Origin: a virus | Lineage: Duplodnaviria > Caudoviricetes | Direction: 5' to 3' (one strand) | Virus record (IMG/VR): IMGVR_UViG_3300028591_000142 | Coordinates: 34,301-98,300 of that record | DNA: 64,000 nt | Shown: positions 39,893 to 50,916 of the stretch, piece after piece | Position numbering within the stretch: the first letter of the stretch is position 1 | Layout of the letters: every line of letters begins with the position of its first letter | Translations under genes and position numbers: made by a program | The notes under the pieces: model-generated | The model's input: only the letters and a program-made list of their open reading frames with translations | Database searches by the model: none | Told to the model about the DNA's origin: nothing

Positions 39893-40687
39893 TTAGTCAG
39901 CGTCTTCTGCGTTGGCACCAAATACAGTCCAAGTATAGAACTGTCCGCCTACGCCACAACCGCCAGCGAGAGCCGAAGCTTCAAAGTTATGAACTGTCTG
40001 ACTGTCGCCCATCTCAAGTGTAAACTCACCAGAGAAATCTGCCTTCGGAACAAAGAACTGTACTCTGTAAAGATTAGCGCACTTATCTTCGCCAATAGCA
40101 TCAATATAAAGCATAGCTTTGCCAGAATATTTATCGCTTTCGTTTACAAGTACATCAGCATTAATCTTTCTCTTGTAATAGACAACGATTTCTGTGCCCT
40201 CAGCGACATCAGTATGGAATGTTAATTCCTTAGTAGCGGGGGCATATGCAAACTTACCAGCAGCAGCCGTAGTATCCTGTTCAAGCTGCTCTCCGAGTGT
40301 ACCATCGGAATTTTTAATATAGAGAGCTTCGATTTCAGCGCCCAATGTGCCAACGGCCTTGTACTGTGTTGCAGACTTATGGCTTGCATTTACCGTAGCG
40401 TAATCAGTCCAAAGAACTTCAGTCGCCTTGCTTTCAAAAGTACCGCCTGTCTGTTTTTCAACAAGACCACTTGATACTAAGCCATTTGCACCACTAATTG
40501 TAACAGACTTATTTCTCTTAAGAGTGTTAAGTTTACGTCCCTGCTTACCGGTGATGTCGGTTGTCTCTTCTGACTGAGCAATCGAACCACTCTGAAGCTC
40601 GTCGAGAGTAAACAAATAATTACCTGTCGTGATATCAAACGCAGTGATAGTCTCAAGACTGGTAATCGTTATATCAGAAATAGCCAT
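39893..40687 (-). CDS. Major tail tube protein
   Basis: Size, position, strong AGGAGG RBS, beta-rich sequence. Confidence 0.75.
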   Translation of the reverse strand: MAISDITITSLETITAFDITTGNYLFTLDELQSGSIAQSEETTDITGKQGRKLNTLKRNKSVTISGANGLVSSGLVEKQTGGTFESKATEVLWTDYATVNASHKSATQYKAVGTLGAEIEALYIKNSDGTLGEQLEQDTTAAAGKFAYAPATKELTFHTDVAEGTEIVVYYKRKINADVLVNESDKYSGKAMLYIDAIGEDKCANLYRVQFFVPKADFSGEFTLEMGDSQTVHNFEASALAGGCGVGGQFYTWTVFGANAEDAD

Positions 40688-40707
40688 ATAAATATTTCCT
40701 CCTATTT

Positions 40708-41424
40708 TTATTTATGAACTAACCAGTTTAAATCATCCTGGTTGAGTGTCTTGACATCTAAGTTGCCGGTATAAACACCAAACATCTTATTTTCGTAGTC
40801 AACTTTCTTAACTACTTGCTTTACGCTTTCGTTAAATTGATATATAGTAAGGTCTCGCACACCCTCAAATGTATATTTAAATTGTTGTGTGTTAACCATT
40901 GCCGTTATTAAAGATTCTATTTGAGAATCTTCTGTGCGCCCCATACGGCGCTTTAATTTTTTCCTTGCTCGCTCCAATAAGTAATCCTGAGCCTCTTTAT
41001 TTGCGGGCTTCTTTATATTTTTTTCGATATGATGTATTTGGCGTAACGAGTCAGCGATACGACCATATATCGCTCTGTCTATGATAATATCGTTTTCTTT
41101 ATCAAGCATTACGGTCATACCATTCTCTTCATTAATTGCCAGACTAAATTTCTTTAAATCTAAATCCCCAAATATTAATGATGTATCCTGTGTTTGAAGG
41201 TTTGGGAATAATAATAAAAACAAATCATATTCATTGATTTGTGTGAAATCAATCCCTGCATCATCAAGAGGAACCATTAAATCTATGGGCATTGCGACTA
41301 ATTGAGATACAAGTCCATAGTACCTTTCTTCGTTGTCTAATATCTGCCCTACGGTCGGGATTACTATTTTAATAGAGTCGTTAATTACCAACTCATTCTT
41401 ATATAATAAATTTCGTATAGACAT
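40708..41424 (-). CDS. Virion morphogenesis protein
   Basis: Position in head-tail joining cluster. Confidence 0.55.
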   Translation of the reverse strand: MSIRNLLYKNELVINDSIKIVIPTVGQILDNEERYYGLVSQLVAMPIDLMVPLDDAGIDFTQINEYDLFLLLFPNLQTQDTSLIFGDLDLKKFSLAINEENGMTVMLDKENDIIIDRAIYGRIADSLRQIHHIEKNIKKPANKEAQDYLLERARKKLKRRMGRTEDSQIESLITAMVNTQQFKYTFEGVRDLTIYQFNESVKQVVKKVDYENKMFGVYTGNLDVKTLNQDDLNWLVHK

Positions 41425-41930
41425 TAATTCTTCTTACGATTAGACGGAGTGTATTTATTTGGGTCATACGGGCTATTCCACTCTTTAGCGTAGAATATCA
41501 TAACTTTCCCCTGATAATCAGTCATTGGAGCGAACCTTTTGACTGCGTGAAGTTCAAGTTCTCCCATTCCGTATTTTCTACTGCCGTTAATCAACTCACA
41601 TATCCTTGAGCACATAGCATCCGTTCTTACGCCACCCTCGGGTAAACGCAGATTGCTTCTGTGAGTAAATACCCATACATAAATTGTGGGTAAAAGATAG
41701 GTTTTATTCATAGATGTTTGCACATCTACATCAATGCATACAAATGTATCACCAGTTTGTACTGTTTCCGGCACATACTCGCACGGAAAAACATTTTTAT
41801 ACATTAAGGATGTGGCCTCAGACATACTGACGTTTTCATTTATTAACTTAACCATCTTCTCATCGGTTAACAAATCTTCGGCCAGTTGATTTTTGTAATC
41901 ATAAAAGTCACGTAGCTGCATTATAACCAC
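41424..41930 (-). CDS. Putative tail terminator
   Basis: Size and position upstream of tail tube. Confidence 0.55.
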   Translation of the reverse strand: MVIMQLRDFYDYKNQLAEDLLTDEKMVKLINENVSMSEATSLMYKNVFPCEYVPETVQTGDTFVCIDVDVQTSMNKTYLLPTIYVWVFTHRSNLRLPEGGVRTDAMCSRICELINGSRKYGMGELELHAVKRFAPMTDYQGKVMIFYAKEWNSPYDPNKYTPSNRKKN

Positions 41931-42691
41931 ACCTTCTTTCCTGTTTCATCGGAAACTGGCAATGTATCTGGTGTGTGGATTGCATCCGGATTAACAACCG
42001 TATTGTGAGGGAAATGCTTATAATAATCCGCAATTCTCAATTCTTGGTTATCGTCCTTTGTGCCGGTGACTTCTTGAAGTACAAACTTATATATACCGTT
42101 ACCATTATATATACCAGATATCTTTAGTGGCTTTGTTAACTGATATGCTAACAAAAAACCGGAATCGGGGTCGTCCACTAAGAACCTGTTTTCTCTATTC
42201 AGTTTTGCTGTAAACTCGTTCTTTGCAATAGTAATTGCGATTCTTGAGTCACCGCGAGTAACGATAAAGTTTCTGTCTTCGTACTCACCCGTAAGATATT
42301 TAGTTCCGTCCTCAACAATACACCACTGCTCGTGGATAACATCTGAATCATCAACCCACTTTAGCAGATAATTACACTGAATCATTTTTGCTCTTGTATA
42401 CAGCGTCGTATTAGCGTCCCTCTCTGTTATCAACCAATGCTCGTTCATCCAGTCAACATAGGCTCCGTGTCTGATGTCTTCACCAGGCAACGATATTATC
42501 GTCTTTTCATTAAGGTTGTCCGAATTAATAACAGCGACGTTGCGCTCAGCGTCGTCGACGACAGCGCTTTGATATGACATATTATCAGGGAGTTTATTTA
42601 CTATCATTCTCGACTCACGTTTTTTAGACGCTTCTCTTTTTGTGGAGCCGTGAACACTCATCCTGCTTGCGTATGTATCCCATCCGCTCAT
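41921..42691 (-). CDS. Putative head closure (stopper) protein
   Basis: Beta-rich; head-tail joining cluster. Confidence 0.55.
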   Translation of the reverse strand: MSGWDTYASRMSVHGSTKREASKKRESRMIVNKLPDNMSYQSAVVDDAERNVAVINSDNLNEKTIISLPGEDIRHGAYVDWMNEHWLITERDANTTLYTRAKMIQCNYLLKWVDDSDVIHEQWCIVEDGTKYLTGEYEDRNFIVTRGDSRIAITIAKNEFTAKLNRENRFLVDDPDSGFLLAYQLTKPLKISGIYNGNGIYKFVLQEVTGTKDDNQELRIADYYKHFPHNTVVNPDAIHTPDTLPVSDETGKKVWL

Positions 42692-43026
42692 ACATCATCA
42701 CCGCTTTCAGTATACTTTGCTTGAAGTTTATTGCATATAGAAATAGCCTTAAAAACCTCTCGCCTCATATCAGCAAAATCGCATTCGGGATTATCAATTA
42801 AATACTGCAATATAGATATTAAAGAGAAAAGCTGAGAGTCTTCCTTAACAGCAGTTAAGAGTTCCTGACAGCCCATTAGTTCCCTTTGTAAACTTTGCAT
42901 ATAAGTAACCAGTGAACTTTCCTTGTTTTCTCTTATAGGGAGGATTTTAAAAAATGAGTTCACAAGGTTTGTAAAATAATTACAAAGAAGTTCGTTACTA
43001 ACAATGGAGTTATCTAAATTATCCAT
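42688..43026 (-). CDS. Hypothetical virion-cluster protein
   Basis: ORF translationally coupled to its neighbours. Confidence 0.55.
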   Translation of the reverse strand: MDNLDNSIVSNELLCNYFTNLVNSFFKILPIRENKESSLVTYMQSLQRELMGCQELLTAVKEDSQLFSLISILQYLIDNPECDFADMRREVFKAISICNKLQAKYTESGDDV

Positions 43027-43475
43027 TATAAATGCAGCTCCGATAAATCACCGTGATTATAGCTATACTCCCTAATCATTTGCGTATAATCCTTCTTAGC
43101 TTGTGCGTGAGTATTACCAACTCTTAAAAGCATTTCAGCAGGGGAGTAGGTAGTAAAATCTCTTGTATTTAAAACGGTCTCTAATAACTCTTGTTTGTAT
43201 AAATACGGCTTTAACCACTGAACAACCATTCCTTCTGTAATGATATCAACTATTTCGTCAATGTCTTCATTTGGAATATCTACATTAAATACTCTTTCTG
43301 TGTCATCGGCGTTACCAAGTAAATCATATACACAAATTCTGTTAAATTCAGTAATAGCTCTTTTTAAGTAACCATCAACCGTCTTTTCCCTATCTTCTTC
43401 ACTAAGCTCTAGCAACTCGTACTCAGATATTTTTGATAAGAAGGAATCAGTAAACAAGTCGTAAGAAATGCTCAT
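43026..43475 (-). CDS. Putative head-tail adaptor
   Basis: Helical 149-aa protein downstream of capsid. Confidence 0.55.
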   Translation of the reverse strand: MSISYDLFTDSFLSKISEYELLELSEEDREKTVDGYLKRAITEFNRICVYDLLGNADDTERVFNVDIPNEDIDEIVDIITEGMVVQWLKPYLYKQELLETVLNTRDFTTYSPAEMLLRVGNTHAQAKKDYTQMIREYSYNHGDLSELHL

Positions 43476-43490
43476 TGCTGTTACTCCTTA

Positions 43491-44039
43491 TTATTTTTCG
43501 ATAAGCTCAATACCAAGCGCTTCTTCAAGAGCCATAATTGTCTTGCGAGAATCAATGGTACCATCAGTAACCAACTGTGTCGCTCTATAAGAAACAGACT
43601 TCTTTTGTCCATCAGAGAGCCCACTAACTATCTTCTTAATCTCGGGTATAGGTTTCTCAAACAATCCGTCAAAATCTCCGATAGGAAGTGCACTTGCGTA
43701 AAACTGATGAAGCCCAAGATAGTCAATTACCCAGGCGTCTTCCTCTTTAAACATAAACCAGTTATTCAGGAAAAATCCTTTCGCTGAACTCTTAGCGTTG
43801 CGTAACTCCCTAAGCTCAATCTCTTGCTCATCGCCAAAGCCGTCCCAAACAAATACTTCTTTTGTTCTCGGGCTTACATATACAAGCTTACCTTGGGAAC
43901 CGTTTACGACAGTGATATACTGACTGTCGTCAATATCCTTGGGAACAATGTTAGTCTCGACTTTTGCCTTTTCTACAACCTGTTTAGCGGAAGTAGCTTT
44001 CTTATTCTGGGTTGTCTTTTTTGTTGTATTATTTGCCAT
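43491..44039 (-). CDS. Hypothetical capsid-adjacent protein
   Basis: AAGGAG RBS; follows major capsid gene. Confidence 0.6.
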   Translation of the reverse strand: MANNTTKKTTQNKKATSAKQVVEKAKVETNIVPKDIDDSQYITVVNGSQGKLVYVSPRTKEVFVWDGFGDEQEIELRELRNAKSSAKGFFLNNWFMFKEEDAWVIDYLGLHQFYASALPIGDFDGLFEKPIPEIKKIVSGLSDGQKKSVSYRATQLVTDGTIDSRKTIMALEEALGIELIEK

Positions 44040-44058
44040 AATTACTCCTTTAGTTCAT

Positions 44059-44084
44059 ATAGCGGGGTTGTTACACCCCGCTAT
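44059..44084. terminator. Stem-loop after major capsid gene
   Basis: ATAGCGGGGT...ACCCCGCTAT. Confidence 0.6.
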
Positions 44085-44106
44085 TAATATAAATTGCTAT
44101 ACAAAA

Positions 44107-45120
44107 TTACGCTGTAATCTCGTACTTACCAATACCAGCGTTGCCGCCAGCAAGAACGAGACCGATACCATACTGCTCACCATAGAAATATTCCTGTGTG
44201 AAATCAGCATTAGCAAGCGGGTCGCCCATAATAACAATCGGATTGCCTTCGTAGACAACCTTTACGGGCTTGTCATCGCCGGCAACGATTGTAAGCATAT
44301 TATCATCATACGCGAATGTGGTTGTGCCAACCTTATGGCGCTGAGGAGTAGCAACAACGGGAGTACCGTTGAAATAACCCCAGAAGCCAAGCTTATACAT
44401 ATCTTCCTTACCAGCCTCAGCAACAACGCCAGGAACAAGCTTTCTGCAAGCCTTCTTTGTGCCAATGATTGTTGCCTGTTTGCCGCCAGCAGCAGCCTCA
44501 ACGTGAGCAATAAGGTCGATAAGAGAATCCTCATTATAGCTACCAGAAACGCAGTATGTACTACCGCCAATCTGAGCAGCCGTAGCAGAACCCCAAAGAG
44601 TGTAAACATCATCAAGAAGCTTAGCACGGAAAGATTCAGCTACCTTATCAATAAGGCGATTAAAATCAACACGACCAGCAAGAACTCTGTTGAGCTCTTC
44701 GTAAATACGTACGGTCTTCATTACTGTGGGGATAATAACCTCTGTGTCGCCACCAAGTCTCTGACGGCGTACACCCTGTGTACCCTTAGCTGTGTCATCA
44801 ACAACAAAGAGTGTGCTGTCTTCTACAACGAAGAGATTTGCGTCACCCTCAGCAACATTTCTGAAATCAACAAGAGCGTTAATAAGAGCGTCTTCCTGGA
44901 TGCCCTCTACAACAGTCTTGCTAAGAATTTCCTCAATAAGAGCAAACAATCCGTTGCACTTACCATCACGGATTGCTTTATAGTCAAGCTTTGTGCTTCC
45001 GTTGTTAGCTTCGATAAGAGCTTTTCTCAGAACTTCCTGAGACTCTTTAACAGAATACTTTTCAACTTTATTGTTATAAGCATCAACAGCAAGTCTAACT
45101 AATTCATTCATCTCTGTCAT
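44107..45120 (-). CDS. Major capsid protein
   Basis: 337 aa, strong RBS, biased codons, position after protease and decoration genes. Confidence 0.82.
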   Translation of the reverse strand: MTEMNELVRLAVDAYNNKVEKYSVKESQEVLRKALIEANNGSTKLDYKAIRDGKCNGLFALIEEILSKTVVEGIQEDALINALVDFRNVAEGDANLFVVEDSTLFVVDDTAKGTQGVRRQRLGGDTEVIIPTVMKTVRIYEELNRVLAGRVDFNRLIDKVAESFRAKLLDDVYTLWGSATAAQIGGSTYCVSGSYNEDSLIDLIAHVEAAAGGKQATIIGTKKACRKLVPGVVAEAGKEDMYKLGFWGYFNGTPVVATPQRHKVGTTTFAYDDNMLTIVAGDDKPVKVVYEGNPIVIMGDPLANADFTQEYFYGEQYGIGLVLAGGNAGIGKYEITA

Positions 45121-45142
45121 TTTAGTGTCCTCCTGTATTAAA

Positions 45143-45667
45143 TTAGTCTACCATAATGGCATAGAAAGTAAATCTGCCAACAACATTGATGTCGATAATC
45201 TTACCAACAACAGTTGAGCCAGATGTAGCGCTTGCAGCAACGTTAAGTTTTGTACCAGCTTTAAGCTCTACAACATTACCAATATCGGGTGTCGCTACAC
45301 CATCAAGAGCGTCCTTAGTTACACTAAAGATGTCGCCCTGATGAAGACGATAGCCTCTAGCGATTTCGCCAGCTTTGTTTGTGAAGTCATCGAGAGCGCG
45401 CTTACCTGACTCATAAACTACCTCGGGAGTAGCAATAAGGACGATATCTTTAAGAGCATCGCTCGCAGCAGGTGTAGCACCCTTAAAAACTTCTCTTGAA
45501 TCAATGACAGTAGCACCACTGGCTGTGTGTGACTCAAGGCCATCAAGCTTAACAACATTACCATTGTCAATAGCAGTCATTGTGCCACTGGGCTGATATC
45601 TAACTGATACCATACCGGCACGGTTATCAGTACCGTACATTTTATCTGTTCTTACAACAGCATACAT
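45143..45667 (-). CDS. Head decoration protein
   Basis: Small beta-rich protein between protease and capsid (IDNGNVV, GDIFSVT). Confidence 0.65.
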   Translation of the reverse strand: MYAVVRTDKMYGTDNRAGMVSVRYQPSGTMTAIDNGNVVKLDGLESHTASGATVIDSREVFKGATPAASDALKDIVLIATPEVVYESGKRALDDFTNKAGEIARGYRLHQGDIFSVTKDALDGVATPDIGNVVELKAGTKLNVAASATSGSTVVGKIIDINVVGRFTFYAIMVD

Positions 45668-45684
45668 TTGTCATTCCTCCTAAA

Positions 45685-47322
45685 TTAATCTTTACTATAT
45701 TTTACAAATACTCCGCCGTAAGGCTCGGTGAGATTTGCGTCGTTGTCGACTATGAGCTTAGGTGATTTTGCGCTAAAGTTTTCATTACGAATTACAGTGT
45801 TTCTTCCGCGAATAGCAAAACACTTTTCCTCTAACTCTTCTATGGAATAATTTGCGCTATCTGCCTTCAATGCCTCAAAGTCATCGTTACCAACTAAGTC
45901 TTCAAACTTAGCAAATACTTCATTTACTTTCTGCTCAGCAATCACACGCTCATTTTCTTCTTTATACTGGCGGAGCGACTCAATCTCTGTGTTTTGAGTA
46001 TTGATAGTTTCTGTAGCAGATACAAATTTATTTTCAAACTCTTTGAACTCAATAATCTTTGTCTCAAAGCTTGAAAATGCCTGTGCAACAGGAGACGCCT
46101 GTTCGCCGATATCAAAATCTTCGATAGCAAACTTCTTGCGTTTGGATGTTGCAAAATCAATAGAAATAGAATCTCCGTCTTTGCTGAACTTAGAACCGTA
46201 TAAAAGCCAATCGTTGGTATCCCAATAATATACTTCCTGTATATCTAAGTCGCAGTCGACATACCAAAAGCGATGACACTCACCCCACTCGCGCTCGATT
46301 TTTTCCTCACCGAGAATGCGACAAATTTCATCAACAACATTACTGGTTAAAGAATAGTCGCCGGGTTCGGGTTCTCCACCCTCGCCGATGGGTTCACTGT
46401 CAGGCTCAGCAACGGGCTCTCCTTCGGGCTCTCCTTCAGGTTCTCCTTCAGGTTCTCCTTCAGGTTCTCCTTCGGGCTCGCCGGCGGGTTCAGTGTTATT
46501 GTCAGAAGAAGCCTTAATCTCTTCAAACTTCTTCGTTAATTCTTCTATAGATAAATCTTCGATAGAAAAATCAAGACTCTCGATATCAATTCCGTACTGA
46601 AGTGCTAACTTTATTTTTTCGTCCAACTCCTTAGTTCCTCCTTCCGTGCTAGAATAATTTTGTAAAACTTTATTGTCAACTCCTACCGGAGCGTTGACTT
46701 GATTAAAACTTTCCTTTAAATCCTGCATCATAACTGACATCTGATTTTTAAATTCTTGTTTTGAGAACATAGTTAAACTCGAACTCTCGAAACAGGGTTC
46801 GACACCAATAAGCGTAAATGCCGTAAACTCAAAATCCTTTATTTGATAAACTCCGTCTACCATTTCGCCGTCTTTTACAAGAATCTCCATCGAATGCGCA
46901 GTAATGCCATCTTTCTTAAGCTTCCTATATGCTTCCTGTCTTTTCCAAATAAGTACCTCAACGTGCAGATATTCGTGGATAGTCCCGTCTTCTTCTTCAA
47001 CATCAGCCCACCAGTATTTTGCCGATTCAGGTACACAACCAACGGGGGTTGTTAAATTAACTAAATGTAATTCGCCGTCGTTGTCTTTTGCTAAATCCAT
47101 ATCGTGTCCGCCAAGTGTGTCGCTCTCTCTATCGTAATTGCAAACCAACGGACAATTATACATAGTTTTAATATTACGCTCGAACGCTTCTTTAGAAATT
47201 GCATTTCCGTTTCTGTTATCTCCCGGATATGCTACACGCAATACGCCTGCGTCAAACGAAGAGTTAATTTCACATAAATGGGAAAGTGAGGATGCATAGG
47301 TTAAGTTTAAAACTTTATTCAT
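45685..47322 (-). CDS. Prohead protease/scaffold
   Basis: NRNG, GGH, HSMEI, VEPCFE motifs plus coiled-coil scaffold. Confidence 0.78.
   Translation of the reverse strand: MNKVLNLTYASSLSHLCEINSSFDAGVLRVAYPGDNRNGNAISKEAFERNIKTMYNCPLVCNYDRESDTLGGHDMDLAKDNDGELHLVNLTTPVGCVPESAKYWWADVEEEDGTIHEYLHVEVLIWKRQEAYRKLKKDGITAHSMEILVKDGEMVDGVYQIKDFEFTAFTLIGVEPCFESSSLTMFSKQEFKNQMSVMMQDLKESFNQVNAPVGVDNKVLQNYSSTEGGTKELDEKIKLALQYGIDIESLDFSIEDLSIEELTKKFEEIKASSDNNTEPAGEPEGEPEGEPEGEPEGEPEGEPVAEPDSEPIGEGGEPEPGDYSLTSNVVDEICRILGEEKIEREWGECHRFWYVDCDLDIQEVYYWDTNDWLLYGSKFSKDGDSISIDFATSKRKKFAIEDFDIGEQASPVAQAFSSFETKIIEFKEFENKFVSATETINTQNTEIESLRQYKEENERVIAEQKVNEVFAKFEDLVGNDDFEALKADSANYSIEELEEKCFAIRGRNTVIRNENFSAKSPKLIVDNDANLTEPYGGVFVKYSKD
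46370..46490 (-). repeat. 12-bp coding tandem repeat (PEGE)n in the protease/scaffold
   Basis: EPAGEPEGEPEGEPEGEPEGEPEGEP. Confidence 0.9.
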
Positions 47323-47339
47323 CTTAATCTCCTCAACAA

Positions 47340-47368
47340 TTAACCCGCACCAATCAGGCGCGGGTTAA
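47340..47368. terminator. Stem-loop upstream of the protease gene
   Basis: TTAACCCGC...GCGGGTTAA. Confidence 0.5.
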
Positions 47369-47379
47369 GAATGAATATG

Positions 47380-47556
47380 TTAAAAAGACAAAATGTTTGA
47401 GAGACAATATTTCATTTCACTGTATTTAAATGTAAACTGTTCCTGATTAACAAAAACATATACATCATTTTTCTCATCTGATTTAAGCAAATGGAACCCA
47501 TCAGCCAACAATACATCTCTCGACTTTTTGTCAAATACATATATGAAATTTTCCAT
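47380..47556 (-). CDS. Small 58-aa protein absent from the ORF track (MENFIYVFDKKSRD...)
   Basis: AAGAGGTG RBS, ATG 47556, TAA 47380; fills the portal-protease gap. Confidence 0.65.
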   Translation of the reverse strand: MENFIYVFDKKSRDVLLADGFHLLKSDEKNDVYVFVNQEQFTFKYSEMKYCLSNILSF

Positions 47557-47581
47557 CTTGACACCTCTTTAGGCACCGACA

Positions 47582-49159
47582 TTAACCCCAATCATCTTTA
47601 TCTTCCCTTGATTGTTCGCCACTGTCGGTAAGGTCTCCATCATCTTTTTGTGGCGCACCGCCTTCGTCGGTTGCGCCATCCCCATTAAGCTCCTCTGAGG
47701 ACATTTGTGTTGAGTTCCTTACAGGTATAAACATATCCTGTAAGCCCAGTACTTTACCCTCAAGAAAACTCATACCATCTATCTCAGCCTGACCAATTCC
47801 CTGAGACGCCGCATATGCAGAAATGGTCGGGAATCCATAGGAAGCTGCCTTAAGGTAGGCGTCTCCCATCTCTTTGCGGTTATAAGGCGAAACATCAAGA
47901 AAGGTTATTTTAAAATTCTTCCCGTATGATTGAGCCTGTATAAACCTATTAAACGCATCTTCTATGCTTTTAACTATACCGTATGTTATAGACTGGTCTG
48001 CTTTAATAGAAAGAAGCAATGCGTTTGCCGAAGCCTTCTCGTTATTAAATAACAGCGAAGAAACACCGGCCTCTGTAAATAAGTTCTGCTCAGATTGTGC
48101 AACCGTATCCGTATCTCCAGTGTTAGAACGTTCGAAACTAATCTTGTCAATATCCATAGGGGATAAAACAGAACCCACTTCTTCTGGAAGGACTGCATCT
48201 AAATTTTGCCAGAAGCCCTTTGCCTTACCCAAGTCAATAGCCCAGTCTCCATCCTTACTCAACGGAAGCTTCATAACCAACATAGCGTAATTTTCTAATG
48301 CAGTCTTTGTCAATTTTAATTGTTTATAATCCTCAATATCGTAAATCTCTCTCAGTATTCCGGCAAACGGAGGAACTGCGTAATTCGGTATATCAGTATT
48401 ACATTTAATAGCAAATGAATTTGGAGCGTCAAGCTCAATCCACTTTTTACGCTTTTTAGTATCCTTGGTTAAATATATCTCGTTATACTTAGTAGTAAAC
48501 TCGTCAGGATAATAACTAAGCAAGTATTCTTTACCGTTAAAATAAGAAAAGTCAAAGCTTACGTTTGGTACATTACCTTCAATGGTAGATATCTTACAAT
48601 AGTCACTGGGTAACTGTTGTATTGTAATACTATCTTTAGTAATCCAAAGTGTGCCGTAAAATACATCTTCTCTTAAACAAGTTGTAAGTATTTTAGGACA
48701 CTGTGTCTTTATATTCATAGACGACAACGCATTAAGCACCTTACGATAATTATTGTTTACTATCCTTACGTTAGCTTTGGCTGGGTCTATTTTATAAGGT
48801 TCGATGATATATGATAAATCAGACAATCCAACAAAGTATTGAATTAACCTTCTGAAATGCGAACTTGCACAGTAAATATACCTAACAGCTTCTCTTAACT
48901 GCTTCTCGTTACTAGACGGGTTGGTTAGGAATTTTGTAATATTATCTTTGGTAAACTTAGTAAACGCATACGACGTAGAGTCCGCTCTGTTTAAATCACG
49001 TAAAATTATTTTGCCTAACTCGGTATATCCCCTAGGAAGATTAAAATCAAAAGGCACATCATCTTTTTTATTTGGCTTATTATCCGACTCTTTTCTAGAA
49101 ACAATCGGTTTTGCCACCACAGGTTTTGCTTTTGTTTGACCGCTTATCTTAATCACCAT
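47582..49159 (-). CDS. Portal protein
   Basis: 525 aa directly after terminase; acidic tail with GGAP. Confidence 0.78.
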   Translation of the reverse strand: MVIKISGQTKAKPVVAKPIVSRKESDNKPNKKDDVPFDFNLPRGYTELGKIILRDLNRADSTSYAFTKFTKDNITKFLTNPSSNEKQLREAVRYIYCASSHFRRLIQYFVGLSDLSYIIEPYKIDPAKANVRIVNNNYRKVLNALSSMNIKTQCPKILTTCLREDVFYGTLWITKDSITIQQLPSDYCKISTIEGNVPNVSFDFSYFNGKEYLLSYYPDEFTTKYNEIYLTKDTKKRKKWIELDAPNSFAIKCNTDIPNYAVPPFAGILREIYDIEDYKQLKLTKTALENYAMLVMKLPLSKDGDWAIDLGKAKGFWQNLDAVLPEEVGSVLSPMDIDKISFERSNTGDTDTVAQSEQNLFTEAGVSSLLFNNEKASANALLLSIKADQSITYGIVKSIEDAFNRFIQAQSYGKNFKITFLDVSPYNRKEMGDAYLKAASYGFPTISAYAASQGIGQAEIDGMSFLEGKVLGLQDMFIPVRNSTQMSSEELNGDGATDEGGAPQKDDGDLTDSGEQSREDKDDWG

Positions 49160-49167
49160 CCTTCCTT

Positions 49168-50916
49168 TTATTTGTTATATAGATACTTAGGCGGTCTAAC
49201 CATAAAATCCTCGACACCAACAGTATCTTTGTTTTTCTTTTTGTTATATTTATTTTCAAGTTGAATAGCAACATAGTAGTTGTATGCTAAACTTGAATAT
49301 CTATCCTTACGCATCCCGGACTTTTCAAAAACCTTTACGTTTTTACCGCCAGTTTCCTTATACTGGAGATTTACTAATTCATTTATAAGTAATGACGTAT
49401 AGATATACGGCATTTGCACCTCAAGCTTTTCTGCGGGAGTTAATGATTGATATCCTCGAAGTTCTGATAAAAACTCGTCTGCATCATATTCATTAACAAG
49501 CAATCTAATACGCCCACTTCTAAATCCTTCACGTAACAAATACGCAATATCAGAATTAAAACGCTCAGATGCCTTTACAGACCATATTGCCTTTTCAGCA
49601 TTTTGTACAACACATCTGGAAGCCATTTCCGCATCATTACAACAAGACAGTGCCGGATATACCTCTCCTGTTTCAGGGTCAACCATATCTTTTGAAAGAC
49701 AGTCGTATACACCAAGCCCTATACCCATTGTATCCAATACAATATAATCGCACTGAAATTCGTCATAAAGTTTCCTAGCTACAAGTGCTTCTTCTTCAGT
49801 TCTTAGGCCTTCATTTGAATCGGTATAAATAATGTTGTTAATAAACCTACCAGCCTTTGTAGGTAATAGTTGGTTAACAAAAACACCAGAAGCGTCGTTA
49901 TTATTTTTTCTACTTGACATCAAAGCAACGTCTATAGAAACAAGTCTTTTTTCTCCGGGCTGCTTTGGAGGAATATGTACAGCTTGACTGTTGTTTAATT
50001 TATTTGCAATACGTGCAGGTAGCATAGGATATTTGATTTTTCTATTTTTTGAGATTGAATCAAAATCAAAAAACGCCCCGTCTGCGGAACCGTAAAACAG
50101 AGCTTCCATTTCCATACTAAATTTAATATCACTGAAATCAGATTCGGCCATTTCGTCGGCAACTAACTCCGGGTCAAGCAACCCTTCTTTAATTGATAAC
50201 TGATATGGGAATCCACACACAAACTGATGTCTCGACGGATTTACCATCGCCTTTAATGTATCAAGACATTTTCTAAAAGACCAATTGTCTTTGTAAAAAG
50301 CAGAACTTAAATACATAGTTAAGTTCTTTTCTTTACTATATTCTTTAAGCCTTTCCTCTTCTGTCAAAGACTCGTATCTCGGCATACGACGCAATGTTAA
50401 GAATTTTCTTAATATTGTATCTATCGTATCTTTAGATATTAATCTAAATTCATCTAATAAGAGCACGTGGCATCTGTTACTACGTGCTGAGTCGCTTGCC
50501 GTTACAACTTTAATCATACTTGTATTATGAAATACAATTTGTGCATTTGTGCCGTTAATCTTGGTTTCCTTTTCATTTATTTCAGCGCACAGTTCAGGGG
50601 ATATTGGTTTAAGTTCGTATATTATTTTTTCCAAAACTGTTATAGCTTGCCCACGTGTACCAGACGCAATACAAACTTTTGTGCCGGGATATAAAATACA
50701 TCTGGTCACACAGTATATTGCACTTAAAAAGGTTTTACCAATACCTCTGCACGCAATAAACACAAAAGTCGTAGACCAAAACATCATTACGAGTAATATC
50801 TTTTGGAATGTTTTTAGTTTTAAATGTAGGTAGTCCTTTGCAAATTTATCCGGATTATATCTATAATAAGAGCCCCAATACGCAGCTCCACTCATAACGG
50901 TATCATATCTGGACAT
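49168..50916 (-). CDS. terL: Terminase large subunit
   Basis: Walker A CRGIGKT, Walker B LLLDEFR, nuclease SIDVA and KDRYSS. Confidence 0.92.
   Translation of the reverse strand: MSRYDTVMSGAAYWGSYYRYNPDKFAKDYLHLKLKTFQKILLVMMFWSTTFVFIACRGIGKTFLSAIYCVTRCILYPGTKVCIASGTRGQAITVLEKIIYELKPISPELCAEINEKETKINGTNAQIVFHNTSMIKVVTASDSARSNRCHVLLLDEFRLISKDTIDTILRKFLTLRRMPRYESLTEEERLKEYSKEKNLTMYLSSAFYKDNWSFRKCLDTLKAMVNPSRHQFVCGFPYQLSIKEGLLDPELVADEMAESDFSDIKFSMEMEALFYGSADGAFFDFDSISKNRKIKYPMLPARIANKLNNSQAVHIPPKQPGEKRLVSIDVALMSSRKNNNDASGVFVNQLLPTKAGRFINNIIYTDSNEGLRTEEEALVARKLYDEFQCDYIVLDTMGIGLGVYDCLSKDMVDPETGEVYPALSCCNDAEMASRCVVQNAEKAIWSVKASERFNSDIAYLLREGFRSGRIRLLVNEYDADEFLSELRGYQSLTPAEKLEVQMPYIYTSLLINELVNLQYKETGGKNVKVFEKSGMRKDRYSSLAYNYYVAIQLENKYNKKKNKDTVGVEDFMVRPPKYLYNK

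Noticed and set aside
43939-45102. 387-aa + strand ORF
   Set aside because: Antisense shadow of the codon-biased major capsid gene; no RBS or recognisable motifs
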